DNA of 64,000 nucleotides, taken from assembly GCA_965222375.1 (NCBI GenBank), contig CBDCTZ010000015.1, forward strand, positions 1,184,001 through 1,248,000, read 5' to 3'. Positions 26,218-36,501 of the stretch are shown here, one piece after another. Position numbers and translations under genes: made by a program. Numbering within the stretch: the first letter of the stretch is position 1; each line of letters starts with the position of its first letter. This DNA comes from Polyangiaceae bacterium (lineage in GTDB: Bacteria; Myxococcota_A; Polyangia; Polyangiales; Polyangiaceae). The notes beneath the pieces are model-generated. The model was not told the origin of the DNA. It saw only the letters and a program-made list of their open reading frames with translations, and did no database searches.

Positions 26218-27152
26218 GGGGCCACGCGAACCCGCGCCGTCATTTCACGTGCAGCACGGTCGATGATCACCTCTTGCCCCTCACGTACCGCCTTCAACAG
26301 GCTCTGTTCCGTCGCGCGGGCCCGTTCCGACATCACCTCTCGCGCTACCGTCTCATCCCGCACAGCTTCAGGCATTTTCACGGCAGGAAGTCGTTCGACC
26401 ATCATGATCACGTGAAACCCATGGGACGTTTCGACCACTCCACTCTGTGCACCCGGCTCGGTGAGAGCGTTGGCCGCCTCTGCGAACGGCAGTTCGAGCT
26501 TGCCGAAGCGTTGCCCGGGCAAAGGCGGCTTCGCCGGAATGACGCGTCCGTCTTTCGCGACCGCTGGTAGTCGCTCAACCTTGATTTCGATCTTTCCAGT
26601 CTGAGCCTGCTTGGCGGCCGCCTCGAAGGCATCTTCAGTCGTGTGCTTCTTCAGCTCTTCGGCCAAGCGCTCGGCGGCTTCGCGCGCGCCTGCTCTGTCC
26701 TCGAGGCTTTTTGCTAGTGCTACGACATGAATGGTACGCGTGCCGGCGGGGCGGTCGATCTGATACCAGTGCCGCTCCACCATGGTCTGAACTTCTTGGG
26801 GTGTGGGCGGGCCACGCTTTGTCGCCTCGTCACGGATCTGCTCGAGCACGACTCGGCCAAGCGCGCCGCGCTCCGAAACGGCAACCAGGTAGGCGAACCC
26901 CGGACGTTCACGAAGCCCGCGAGCGAAGAGTGCATCCTGAACTGCAAGCTCCAACGCCCGCTTCGGACTGATGGATTGCTCGCGAGCGATGCGCGCGACG
27001 GTATCACCGTGGATTTCGTCGTCGCCGACTCGCGCTACGATTCCAGGCGATAGCTCGCCGGTCGACGGGGTAGGCTGAACAGTCTCGGCCTGCCCACAAG
27101 CTAGGAAAAGTTGCGCCGCGGCGCACAAGACAATGCGAACTTGGCGCCTCAT
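26214..27152 (-). CDS. Parvulin/PpiC-type peptidyl-prolyl isomerase lipoprotein
   Basis: Lipobox FLAC; RTIHVV, FAEAANAL, SGVVETSHGFHVI. Confidence 0.85.
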   Translation of the reverse strand: MRRQVRIVLCAAAQLFLACGQAETVQPTPSTGELSPGIVARVGDDEIHGDTVARIAREQSISPKRALELAVQDALFARGLRERPGFAYLVAVSERGALGRVVLEQIRDEATKRGPPTPQEVQTMVERHWYQIDRPAGTRTIHVVALAKSLEDRAGAREAAERLAEELKKHTTEDAFEAAAKQAQTGKIEIKVERLPAVAKDGRVIPAKPPLPGQRFGKLELPFAEAANALTEPGAQSGVVETSHGFHVIMMVERLPAVKMPEAVRDETVAREVMSERARATEQSLLKAVREGQEVIIDRAAREMTARVRVAP

Positions 27153-27337
27153 CGCGAACTCGACCGCGGCCGAACCATGTCCGTTGCCGCCTTGAGGGTT
27201 AGTGCGCCCACGACTAGCCAGTAGAGGGCCACCAGGTCCCGCCGCTCCGCCAGCGCATCCACGCCGGCACCAAATGCGAATGCGCTGCCCGCCAGTAGAA
27301 GCAGGCTCAGCACATCGACGACTTTACCCGCGGTCAT
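27149..27337 (-). CDS. Small two-TM membrane protein
   Basis: Two hydrophobic helices; overlaps both neighbours' start/stop codons. Confidence 0.7.
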   Translation of the reverse strand: MTAGKVVDVLSLLLLAGSAFAFGAGVDALAERRDLVALYWLVVGALTLKAATDMVRPRSSSR

Positions 27338-28035
27338 TAGCGCAGCACACTCCAGACGAGCCCGATGGCTAGGGCGAGTGCAAGTAGCATGAACGCACCC
27401 GAGCTGGACCCGAGCCGGTCGGCAGGGCGCCGTTCAGAACCAGTCCCTCGCGCCAGCGCTAGTTTCGCACTCGCGCTGACCAGAGCGATCGCCGCCACGA
27501 AGCTCACCGCATGCGCCAGCAGAGCGTGGTCTTCACGCCGGACTCGCCATGCGAGAAGTAGTGGCACCAGCGCCCCCAGCATTCCAATCAGCAGGACGAC
27601 CAACGTTCCCCGGGGCAGAGCCGTCCGAGGCTCCAGGGGTTTTCCAACAATAGCGTTGGGATCGTCTTCCGGGACATGACCAAGCTTGCGGGCGCTGCCC
27701 CAGCCGAAAGCAAACAGGGCCCAACCGATCGCGCCCGAGGCGGCGCGAATCGGCTCCAATCGTTCGGGGTCCAGCTCTTCCCAAGCCATCAACCAGGTGA
27801 GAACGCAGAATGCGCCGAAGACGAACACTCCAACTCGACGTCCCCAGTTTCGGTTGCGCAGAGCGATCAATGGGCCGGCAACCAGAGCAACCAAAGCCAT
27901 GAGCGAGGCGAGGCGCGGCAACGTCGGGTCTGCGGCACGAAAAGCAACGAGAGCAACCGTGGCAACCCATGCATACAAGCCTGGCAGCAATATGTTCGTG
28001 AGCGCGACAGGCATTGCGGAGCGGGCCAAGCTCAT
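27337..28035 (-). CDS. Integral membrane protein
   Basis: About 7 hydrophobic segments. Confidence 0.75.
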   Translation of the reverse strand: MSLARSAMPVALTNILLPGLYAWVATVALVAFRAADPTLPRLASLMALVALVAGPLIALRNRNWGRRVGVFVFGAFCVLTWLMAWEELDPERLEPIRAASGAIGWALFAFGWGSARKLGHVPEDDPNAIVGKPLEPRTALPRGTLVVLLIGMLGALVPLLLAWRVRREDHALLAHAVSFVAAIALVSASAKLALARGTGSERRPADRLGSSSGAFMLLALALAIGLVWSVLR

Positions 28036-28130
28036 CCTTCGACAGTACTCCCGGAACCTCGATAATCGCAGATTTCCGACGCCAGGATCCCATTCGTCCG
28101 ACGAAAACTACGCCCGGGCCAGCGCTAGGG

Positions 28131-28853
28131 TCACGCGGCTCGTTTCTTCCGCGGCCAGAACCACAGCACCGCCGCCAGAATTGCCGCCGCGACACCGAGT
28201 ACCAGCCCCAGACGCCCCGTCGCGGGGGGCCCCGGCCATACCGCGACGACGCGCCTGGGCCCCTTGGGCCGCGCCGATTCGATCCAGGTGAATTCGGTGG
28301 AAACACCGCCGGCACGGTCCGCATCACCGGCTTCGATCAACTTGGCGTGCGGCGGCGCCTCAATCGCCACATCCGTGATCTCGAGGCCGGGCACCTGGTA
28401 GTCGTCCTCCACCACAATCGCCCCGATGCTCTCAGGGGCGACACGCAGATCGAATGTCCAGGTCACGTGCAAGTGGCGCGTTGGTCCGGGAACCCAACCT
28501 TCTGACTCCATGCGACTGACGTCGCGGGTCTCGAGAGAGCGACATGCAAGCTGCCCAGGTTCAACGCCGGTGCACACGCGCAGCTTAGGTGCCAGGCTGG
28601 CCGTTTTCGCGTCCATTGCCGCATTGGCTTCCAGGACGCCCACCAAGAAGTCCCCGTCCTTGTCAGCAGCCTTGCGCTCTGCATCCGCCAGGCTGACGCC
28701 AAATCCAACGCGGTACTGGAGTTCGGCGCTCGAGCCCGAAAGATCGAGCACCAGCCTACGTTCACCTTTCAGTTTCGGAAACTTAAGGTGTGCTTCTACG
28801 TCGCCCGTGAGCCCTACGAGCAGTGCGGCGATGAACACGCCGCGGCGAGGCAT
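28131..28853 (-). CDS. Secreted protein with C-terminal TM anchor
   Basis: Signal peptide ending VEA-H; C-terminal hydrophobic helix + RKKR; start coupled to the pepA stop. Confidence 0.7.
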   Translation of the reverse strand: MPRRGVFIAALLVGLTGDVEAHLKFPKLKGERRLVLDLSGSSAELQYRVGFGVSLADAERKAADKDGDFLVGVLEANAAMDAKTASLAPKLRVCTGVEPGQLACRSLETRDVSRMESEGWVPGPTRHLHVTWTFDLRVAPESIGAIVVEDDYQVPGLEITDVAIEAPPHAKLIEAGDADRAGGVSTEFTWIESARPKGPRRVVAVWPGPPATGRLGLVLGVAAAILAAVLWFWPRKKRAA

Positions 28854-30328
28854 CAGCCGGCGTTTTCGACGAAGCTCAAGAAAGTGAGCACCGGGTGACC
28901 GGTCCCGCCCTTGGGATACATGCCCTTTGCGCGGTCCCCAAGCACGGGCCCAGCGATGTCGCAATGAATCCACGGAACCGTGACGAACTCGCGCAAGAAC
29001 AGTGCAGCGGAAATGCTACCGCCCCAACGCTCTCCAGTATGCTTCAAATCCGCGACGTCACTCTTGAGCTGTTCACGGAGATCTTCCAACAGGGGCATTC
29101 GCCAGAACTGTTCACCTGCGCTGCTCGATGCCGCTTCGAAGCTTTTCGCCAGGTCCGACTCGGACGTGTAGAACGCCGAGCAGGTCTTGCCCAAGGCAAC
29201 CATGCAGGCACCCGTCAAGGTCGCTGCGTCGATGATGGCGTTGGGCTTCAGCTTGCTCGCGTAGGCCAGTGCATCCGCGAGGACCAGGCGTCCCTCAGCA
29301 TCGGTATTGATGATCTCGACGCTCTTGCCGGAAAGGGATCCGAAGATGTCTCCGGGGCGATAGGCACCCGCATCCGGCATGTTTTCGGCCGCACCGATGA
29401 TGCCGTGGACCTCGACATTCGGCTGAACCGCACCAACCGCTGCCATGAGACCGAGGACCGCAGCAGCACCGCCCATATCACTCTTCATTTCGCCCATCCC
29501 GGGCGCGGGCTTGATACACAAGCCGCCGGAGTCGAAGGTCAGCCCCTTGCCCACGAAAACCAACTTCTTCTTGGCTTTCTTCTTGGGAGTGTAGCTCATG
29601 TGGATGAAGCGCGGCTCGTGCACGCTGCCCTGGCCTACTGCGTAGTGCAGCAGCATCTTCTTGTTGAGGATCGTCTTCTTGTCGAAGACTTGGATCTTCA
29701 ACTTAGCCTTCTTGGCGACCTTGCGAGCCATTTGCGCCAGAGTCTCTGGGTACAACTCGTTGGGCGGTTCGTTCACTGCATCCCGCGCCACGCATACCGC
29801 GTCGGCTACCGCCAAGCCTGTGGCAATCGCCCGCTTCTGCGCTGCGCCACCCCTGCCAGCGCCAAAGAGCTTCACGTCTTTCAGCGCCGACTTCGGGACA
29901 CGATCCCCAGTCATGTAACGGGTGAAGCGGTAAGCGCCGAGGCCCGCTCCCTCGCCGACGGCGCGCAAGTCGGCGCCCGGGGGGAGCACTAGCCCAAGTG
30001 CCTTCGCGGAAGCTCCGTTTGCGTAGCGGCATGCGGTTGCCACGAATGAGCGAATAGTCGCGTCGCTGAGCTTCTTGCCCTTGCCTATGCCGACGAGCAG
30101 AACGTGCCGTGGTTTGATTTTTCCGAGGGTGACCACGTCCAAACATTGGTCGGACTTGCCTTTAAAATCCGAGTGCTTGGCGTAGCTCAGGAGCCCTCCA
30201 CCCAGGGCCTTGTCCAGTTGAGCCAAGTGCTTTTGTTTCGAAGGATCCCCTTCGAAGACATGTAGGGCGAGAACGTCAACGGAAGCTGCTGCGGCGTCGC
30301 CGCCGGATATCTGGACGTTGAGGGACAT
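28853..30328 (-). CDS. pepA: Leucyl aminopeptidase (M17)
   Basis: VGKGLTFDSGG, MKSDMGG, NTDAEGRL, ATLTGA motifs. Confidence 0.96.
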   Translation of the reverse strand: MSLNVQISGGDAAAASVDVLALHVFEGDPSKQKHLAQLDKALGGGLLSYAKHSDFKGKSDQCLDVVTLGKIKPRHVLLVGIGKGKKLSDATIRSFVATACRYANGASAKALGLVLPPGADLRAVGEGAGLGAYRFTRYMTGDRVPKSALKDVKLFGAGRGGAAQKRAIATGLAVADAVCVARDAVNEPPNELYPETLAQMARKVAKKAKLKIQVFDKKTILNKKMLLHYAVGQGSVHEPRFIHMSYTPKKKAKKKLVFVGKGLTFDSGGLCIKPAPGMGEMKSDMGGAAAVLGLMAAVGAVQPNVEVHGIIGAAENMPDAGAYRPGDIFGSLSGKSVEIINTDAEGRLVLADALAYASKLKPNAIIDAATLTGACMVALGKTCSAFYTSESDLAKSFEAASSSAGEQFWRMPLLEDLREQLKSDVADLKHTGERWGGSISAALFLREFVTVPWIHCDIAGPVLGDRAKGMYPKGGTGHPVLTFLSFVENAG

Positions 30329-30570
30329 CTGCTCAGGGACTCCTCGGGGGCTTGGGGCGCACACCTAAGGCGCGCGGGGGCGCCGATACTGCCACCGCGG
30401 CTCTAATGGGTTCAAGCTGCGACTTCAGAAAATCTGGTTTTTTCCCTGCGACAAGCGGGGGTGACACTTCTCCTTGAACGCTGGCGCGGCCCGGACAATC
30501 CATAACAGGTAGCTCGCTTCGCGAGCGACGCCGGGAGCGCCTTCCCGCCGCCAGCAAGAAAGGCCTAGCC

Positions 30571-31602
30571 ATGAGTCAGCTTTCCTGGACACCACCGGAT
30601 GCCTCACGGGCGGGCTCCACCCTCGAAACCTTCATTCTCGAAGGCATGTTCAAGTCTCCCGGTGCGACGGGAGCTTTCACGTCGCTGCTCAACCAAATCG
30701 CTTTGGCTGCAAAGCTGATCACGGGCAGAGTGCGCCGCGCCGGCCTCGCCGACGTCCTCGGCTGGGCCGGAGATACCAACGTGCACGGCGAGTTCGTGCA
30801 GAAGCTGGACATCATCGCCAACGAGATGTTCATCAACGTGCTGAAACGCCGAGGTCATTGCATGGCGATCGCCAGCGAAGAGCTGGACGACCCCGTTTTC
30901 TTTCCAGACGCCAGCGGTGGCTATTTGGTCATGGTCGACCCCTTGGATGGCTCCAGCAACATCGATGTCGACATCAGCATCGGCACGATTTTCGGCATCC
31001 AGAAAGTCGAGGACGATCCGGTTACGGCAAAGTCATTCTTGCACCCGGGCAAGGAGTTGGCTGCCGCTGGCTACGTCATCTATGGCTCATCGACTGTTCT
31101 GGTCCTATCGACCGGGGCGGGGGTGCACGGGTTCACATGGGATCCGGGCGCTGGTGAGTTCTTCTTGTCTCACGAGAACATACGTTGTCCTGAAAAGGGC
31201 AACATGTACTCCGTGAACGAGGGCAACTCGGTGCGCTGGACACCGGGGATCCGGAAATGGAATGAGTACGTCAAAGCAACCGACGATGATGACGGTCGCC
31301 CGTACTCGCAGCGCTACGTTGGCTCCCTGGTGGCAGACGCCCACCGGACGCTGTTGAAGGGCGGGATCTTTGCGTACCCGGCTGACACGAAGAACCGTGC
31401 GGGCAAACTGCGGCTGCTTTATGAAGCGAATCCAATCGCCTTCATCTTCGAGGCGGCTGGGGGCAAGGCTTCCACGGGAGACCAGCGAATACTGGATATC
31501 GTTCCCGACGGGCTCCACGCCAAAGTGCCGCTCATCATCGGCTCGCCGAAGGACGTCGAGACCTTCGAGCGCTTTGCCGCGGAGGACCGTTCCGAGCGGT
31601 AA
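30571..31602 (+). CDS. fbp: Fructose-1,6-bisphosphatase class 1
   Basis: ASEE, DPLDGSSNID, YSVNEGN, RYVGSLVAD, GKLRLLYEANP. Confidence 0.97.
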   Translation: MSQLSWTPPDASRAGSTLETFILEGMFKSPGATGAFTSLLNQIALAAKLITGRVRRAGLADVLGWAGDTNVHGEFVQKLDIIANEMFINVLKRRGHCMAIASEELDDPVFFPDASGGYLVMVDPLDGSSNIDVDISIGTIFGIQKVEDDPVTAKSFLHPGKELAAAGYVIYGSSTVLVLSTGAGVHGFTWDPGAGEFFLSHENIRCPEKGNMYSVNEGNSVRWTPGIRKWNEYVKATDDDDGRPYSQRYVGSLVADAHRTLLKGGIFAYPADTKNRAGKLRLLYEANPIAFIFEAAGGKASTGDQRILDIVPDGLHAKVPLIIGSPKDVETFERFAAEDRSER

Positions 31603-31661
31603 GTCCGGGCGTTTGCCAATCGGACGAGCGGCCGGTCCAGCTTCGGGCTATTCTCTGGCCC

Positions 31662-32543
31662 ATGCTCCGCTTTCGTAGCGCTCTCGGTTTCGTGTGCGGA
31701 GCCGGAGCCTTGCTTCTCACGTCGGTGGCGGGCGCTCAATACGGCTCGCCGCCGCCTCCCGGTTACGGACAACCCCCGCCGCGCCAAGGCCAGCCCCCAC
31801 CCGGCTACGGGCAACAGGGCTACGGCCAACCCCCCCCCGGGGGCTATGGACAACAGGGCTACGGTCAACAGGGTGGCTACTATGGCGGCCCACCTCCGCC
31901 GCCTCCCCGCAAGCCTGATGAAGGATATGAGATCCCCGACTTCTCGGTACGCATCGACCCCTTCAACTGGCTTTTGCACGGCCGCCTGGGTTTCGAGCTT
32001 GAAGTGGAGGTTTGGGAGTTCATCAGCTTCGAGATGGTGCCCGTCTTCGTGGTCAACGAGTCACCTCCAGTGTTGAACTTGTCGCGGGGCTTTCCCTCGG
32101 ACCTCACGCAGCACTCCAACGGCATTGGTGCCATGAGCGGTGCCTCCTTTGGAGCCGGCTTCTGGCTCGAGGGCAAGCCCTTCGAGGGCTCCGTGCTGCG
32201 GGCAATCATCACCAACTATGGCTACGAATACCGCGCCGACGACGACGCAGGCCGCGTGGACACGGTTCAGCAGACGGAACGGCGCTTCTTTGGCATGTTT
32301 GGCTCTCATTCTCGCTGGGGCCCTTTCACCATCGCGGGCGGAATCGGCCTAGGCGTCGAGCTGAACAAGCAAGAGCGTTGCTTTCCCGATGGTGCGACCG
32401 GAGTCGCGTCTGCAACGTCGAACGGTTGCGACGGCGAACTCCAGATCGCTTTGGCGCGAGATCTCTCGACTCGCGGCGATTTGAATGGCTCATTCCACCC
32501 CGTCTACCTGGAGGCGCGCTTCTCCCTGGGGTTCGTGTTCTGA
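31662..32543 (+). CDS. Outer-membrane beta-barrel-like protein with PPPGYGQ low-complexity N-terminus
   Basis: Signal peptide AGA-Q, amphipathic strands, terminal FSLGFVF. Confidence 0.7.
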   Translation: MLRFRSALGFVCGAGALLLTSVAGAQYGSPPPPGYGQPPPRQGQPPPGYGQQGYGQPPPGGYGQQGYGQQGGYYGGPPPPPPRKPDEGYEIPDFSVRIDPFNWLLHGRLGFELEVEVWEFISFEMVPVFVVNESPPVLNLSRGFPSDLTQHSNGIGAMSGASFGAGFWLEGKPFEGSVLRAIITNYGYEYRADDDAGRVDTVQQTERRFFGMFGSHSRWGPFTIAGGIGLGVELNKQERCFPDGATGVASATSNGCDGELQIALARDLSTRGDLNGSFHPVYLEARFSLGFVF

Positions 32544-32550
32544 GCAGTTC

Positions 32551-33228
32551 ATGAGCAAACCGAGCGGCAAGATCAAGAACAAGACGGTGAAGATGTTCCC
32601 CGAGGACGCACCGCCGCGCCCGCCCACGCCCAATCGGGATCCGGAAGCCACAGTCGTCGGAGCCGCACCCGCGGGCTGGGAACCGGAAATCACGGATCAC
32701 GAACTGGAGGACCCGAGCGAACCCGCCCGTGAGGTGCGGGAAAGTCCCGCTAGCTCCAAGCCGCGACCGCAGGCCGAGCGCCCGCCTATCGAAGTAGAGG
32801 TGCGCAGAGTCAAGAACCTCGCCACCCACGCCAAGCGACCCCCGCCAGCCTATGAGATCTGGACCAAGAACCGCGTGTACAATCTCGACACGACCCTCAC
32901 ATGCGTTGAAGTCATCGAGCTTTCCACCGGGCGCACCGACAAGGAGCACCAGCTGATGGGCGCACAGCTGGTGGGCGGCCAGAGGCGAAGAGACGAAGGC
33001 AACGAGCTCTCTTACCCCTTGCCTGTTCCAGGCACGGACGCCGTGTTTCAGCGCCGCGACGACAAGGGCCGCGTCCGCCTGGTCATGACGAGCAAGGTCA
33101 CCCGTGTATTGCTACACGTTCAGCGGGTCGTAGTGATCGCAGACAAGAGCGAAAACACCTGGGATCAGATTACCAGCTCGCGCCACATGACTCGGGCGTT
33201 CCTCGACGCCGTCGAGAAAGCGAAGTGA
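32551..33228 (+). CDS. Hypothetical protein
   Basis: Long ORF with GC3-rich codons; disordered N-terminus and globular C-terminus (EIWTKNRVY). Confidence 0.7.
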   Translation: MSKPSGKIKNKTVKMFPEDAPPRPPTPNRDPEATVVGAAPAGWEPEITDHELEDPSEPAREVRESPASSKPRPQAERPPIEVEVRRVKNLATHAKRPPPAYEIWTKNRVYNLDTTLTCVEVIELSTGRTDKEHQLMGAQLVGGQRRRDEGNELSYPLPVPGTDAVFQRRDDKGRVRLVMTSKVTRVLLHVQRVVVIADKSENTWDQITSSRHMTRAFLDAVEKAK

Positions 33229-33232
33229 GCGC

Positions 33233-33970
33233 CTACCAGTACTTTTCGATGGTGATGTGCCCCGGCTTGCGCACCCGGTGACGTTGCAGCCCGCGTACTT
33301 CCAGTAGCGCCATCAAGTCTTGAATCATGTCCGGGTTGCCACACAGCATCAGATGGGATTTGTCTGGGGCGAGCTTGGCCCGGGCGGCCTCCTCCAGCTG
33401 ACCACTGGAAAGGACCGTCGTGACACGGCCGTGCAGAACGCCAGCTTGGTTCGGGTCACGACTCACGACCGGCACGTAGGACACTTGGCAGCGATCCGTG
33501 CCGGCATCGCGAAGTTCGTTCGCATAGGCCAGATGCGCGGCCTCGCGGACGCCGTGCACCACCACGACGTGGGCGAATCGTTCGAATACTCTCCCAGCCC
33601 GCAGCATCGAGATGTACGGTCCCAAGCCCGTGCCCGTTGCGACTAGCCATAACTGCTCCGAGTCGGGCACGTAGTCCAAGGTGAAGAAGCCTTGCGGCTT
33701 GCTTTCGATCTCGAGGCCTTCCCCTGGCTGGAGAGCAAACAATCGCGGGCTGACTGCGCCGTCGGCAACCTCGGTAACAAAAAACTCCGGCGCTGCTCCC
33801 GGTGCCGAAGCCAAGCTGTAGGCTCGCTTGACTCGCTCCCCACTCACCGACACGGCGATGCTCACCCATTGTCCCGCGACGAAGGACTCGAGCTCCAAAT
33901 CGAAATGAAACGTTGCGAGCCCAGGCGCCCAGTCCAAGCGGCGAATCAGTCTTGCCGGCGTCCAAACCAT
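33233..33970 (-). CDS. fpr: Ferredoxin/flavodoxin-NADP+ reductase
   Basis: FVAGQW, RAYSLAS, ATGTGLGPY, MLCGNPDMI, terminal EKYW. Confidence 0.95.
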   Translation of the reverse strand: MVWTPARLIRRLDWAPGLATFHFDLELESFVAGQWVSIAVSVSGERVKRAYSLASAPGAAPEFFVTEVADGAVSPRLFALQPGEGLEIESKPQGFFTLDYVPDSEQLWLVATGTGLGPYISMLRAGRVFERFAHVVVVHGVREAAHLAYANELRDAGTDRCQVSYVPVVSRDPNQAGVLHGRVTTVLSSGQLEEAARAKLAPDKSHLMLCGNPDMIQDLMALLEVRGLQRHRVRKPGHITIEKYW

Positions 33971-33984
33971 GGCCTCGGTGTATC

Positions 33985-35319
33985 TCAGTCCTTGCTGATC
34001 ACGACAATCGTCTCACCCGCTGCTGCAGTCGCAGACAGCCGGTCGACGACTAGGTAGTGGGTGCCGGCGCCAAGCCTCGCGGTGATGACCCTGGCGTGAG
34101 AACGCACGCATTCCGATCCGGCGGGGCTGCGGAGCAAGTACAGCTCGGCCTCGGCCCCACGATCAAACCCCATGATGCGCACATGCGTGGGCGCCAATAG
34201 CTCGAAGGCGTAAGTAGCTTCGCGCCCCGGTGCCTTCTTGGCACCCCGGCACGGGTAGTCGTGGCGTTGTCCGCTACCAGGCTCGAGGCGAGCAACATCG
34301 ACCAACGGCGGGCTGCCACCACCCGCGTTCACTGGAAGGGGAGCATCCGGTGCCGCGCCACCACGCAACGCGGCATCCACGCGCTCGAGAGCTTGAAGCG
34401 CAAGCAGGTTGCGCAGATTGTAGCCGTGGCGCAACCCCTCCTTCGTGAAGTCGCAGGCGTCGCGCCCGCGCCTACCGCGGAAGGTCGTCGGGTGGATGCC
34501 ATCTTTGGCCAAGCCGCCCCCCGGCAATTTGCCCAACGCCAAGTGGTAGTCCACCAAAGGCACGCTCCGAGCTTGAGCGATGCCCCGAATTGCGGCGTTG
34601 TAGCGGGACACCCAAACCCCTGCCTTCAGCTTGTCCTTCCGCGGAGGGATGGTGAACAGCACCGGTACTACGCCGCGCTCGGCCAGGTAGTCCACGATGT
34701 TCCAGAGCTGGTCGGCGAAGTGGAAGATCGCGCCGATCTCGATGTCGTTGGTGCCAAACTGGACCAGCGCAATTCGAGGCCGAATCGCCTTGAGCTCCTT
34801 GGCCAGGGGCGAGGGCTCGCCGGAAAGCACCTGCCACGCGCTCCAGCCGATTTGCGCCGTCAGGCTGTCGCGGGAGTAAGGATTTGTGCCGTACTCGGGC
34901 TTGCCGGCGAAGCGTCGAATTACGGGTGCCAGAGCGGCGTGGGCGCCGAGGTTGCGGTCCTTCTTGGATAGGCAGCGGTAGGAGTCGTCGCTGAAGGTGA
35001 TGGAATCGCCCACCTTGGCAAAAACGTCCGAGCGCAGCGTGGCATCGCGCCCGGCAATGTCTCGAAGCCGCTGGCCAATCGCGGGCGTCATTGGTGAATG
35101 CACGCGGTCGAAAGGATAGCGGAGGGGAATACGCTCCGTGGCTGGTGGCGCCGCTTTGGGGGCGGCCGCTGAGCCTGGGGCGCTTGTGGGTGGGGACGGC
35201 TGAGCGGCAGGTTTGGCCGCCGCAACCTGGCGAGGCGAGTCCGTATGGGTGCAACCGAGCGTCAGCACCGCAAAGAGTAGCGCCAGACTCGTTGCTCCGG
35301 TGGTGGTGCCGAGGGTCAT
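33985..35319 (-). CDS. SGNH/GDSL hydrolase lipoprotein
   Basis: VGDSIT, FGTND, DGIHP; lipobox TLGC. Confidence 0.85.
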   Translation of the reverse strand: MTLGTTTGATSLALLFAVLTLGCTHTDSPRQVAAAKPAAQPSPPTSAPGSAAAPKAAPPATERIPLRYPFDRVHSPMTPAIGQRLRDIAGRDATLRSDVFAKVGDSITFSDDSYRCLSKKDRNLGAHAALAPVIRRFAGKPEYGTNPYSRDSLTAQIGWSAWQVLSGEPSPLAKELKAIRPRIALVQFGTNDIEIGAIFHFADQLWNIVDYLAERGVVPVLFTIPPRKDKLKAGVWVSRYNAAIRGIAQARSVPLVDYHLALGKLPGGGLAKDGIHPTTFRGRRGRDACDFTKEGLRHGYNLRNLLALQALERVDAALRGGAAPDAPLPVNAGGGSPPLVDVARLEPGSGQRHDYPCRGAKKAPGREATYAFELLAPTHVRIMGFDRGAEAELYLLRSPAGSECVRSHARVITARLGAGTHYLVVDRLSATAAAGETIVVISKD

Positions 35320-35428
35320 GACCGATGGATACCGTAAACGCGTACATAGCAGCGTCGCTCCCAGGCGGACCGGGGTACGAAGCGTCGAGAGCCGAAGATG
35401 GCCTTGGAGTTCATGACGGAAAATGCGC

Positions 35429-35463
35429 AAAAGCGCCACCCCGAACCCGTCGGGGCAGCGCTT
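35429..35463 (-). terminator. Intrinsic terminator after the OMP gene
   Basis: Minus strand GCGCTGCCCCGA-CGGGT-TCGGGGTGGCGC-TTTT. Confidence 0.65.
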
Positions 35464-35485
35464 CGGCACATCCATTCAATGGCGT

Positions 35486-36211
35486 CTAGAACCAGCCACC
35501 AACCACCGACTTCAGGCCAAAAGCGGTGTCCTTGTCTGCGTCGTCACCCTCGATCTTGCTGCTGAGGTCCATCTCGAAGTAGGGGCCGAGGCCGATGAAG
35601 AAATGCTCCGCGGGGTGGAACAGGATGGGAGCATCCACACCGACGGTCATCTTGTTGCCGCTGACGTCTGTCGTTCCTGTGGCCGGCGGGGGGTTATCCC
35701 GCGACAGGTTGACGATTCGGTACTGAAAGGCAAGTCTGGGCCACAACGAGATGTTCTCCGTCAGGCCGAGATTATAGCCAACACGCGGGCCGATGATGAT
35801 GGCGCTGGCCGAGAGGTCGCCCTGGGACGTCGAACTGTATCCAAGCTGGCCGCCTACTGAGAGACCGTCGATCGCAAAGTAGTCTAGAGCCGGAGCGATA
35901 GTGATGGTCGTCTGTGAATCAGGGTCTGGACCGGCGGCCGCCTTGGTGCTTCGGCTTTCGAATTGCAGTTGCAGATCACCAGAAATCGCGATTTGTCCTG
36001 CCTTGCTGAAGGCACCTTTGCCAGCGGGCATCGCATCCGTTGAGGCGGCGCCAGACGTCGAAGCGGCAGCGTCACCACCCCCGTCCCCATCGCCTTCTTC
36101 TTCACCAACATCTTCCGATATGGCGTCTTCTTCTTCGCCTTGAGCAAGTGCGGTTGTGGTTGAAAGGGCAAGAATGGCCCCAAAGGCAAGTGACGATAGT
36201 TTCCGAATCAT
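35486..36211 (-). CDS. Outer-membrane beta-barrel protein (8-stranded type)
   Basis: Signal peptide ALA-Q, alternating strands, terminal GGWF; AGGAGG RBS. Confidence 0.85.
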   Translation of the reverse strand: MIRKLSSLAFGAILALSTTTALAQGEEEDAISEDVGEEEGDGDGGGDAAASTSGAASTDAMPAGKGAFSKAGQIAISGDLQLQFESRSTKAAAGPDPDSQTTITIAPALDYFAIDGLSVGGQLGYSSTSQGDLSASAIIIGPRVGYNLGLTENISLWPRLAFQYRIVNLSRDNPPPATGTTDVSGNKMTVGVDAPILFHPAEHFFIGLGPYFEMDLSSKIEGDDADKDTAFGLKSVVGGWF

Positions 36212-36501
36212 TTGATATCCTCCTCGTACAGGGGCCGGGTGGAGCAGTACCGAGACGTCGGACCCACCGATGACCTCACAGCAATTGTCTCAGCAGCTCA
36301 TTTTCCGGGCCCAATTTCGGGACAATCCCCGAATGTCGCAGACATATACAGTAAGTGTCTGAAAACCTTCCCGATTTGAGTTGGGCGGCCGCCGAAGCAA
36401 CGATTCTTGTTTGAGCGATTTCGGTTATTTAAGGAATGGTTCTAAGGGCGTTTCGACCCCCACGGGTGGCCTATCGGCTCTTGTGACGTAACTCTCCGAC
36501 G

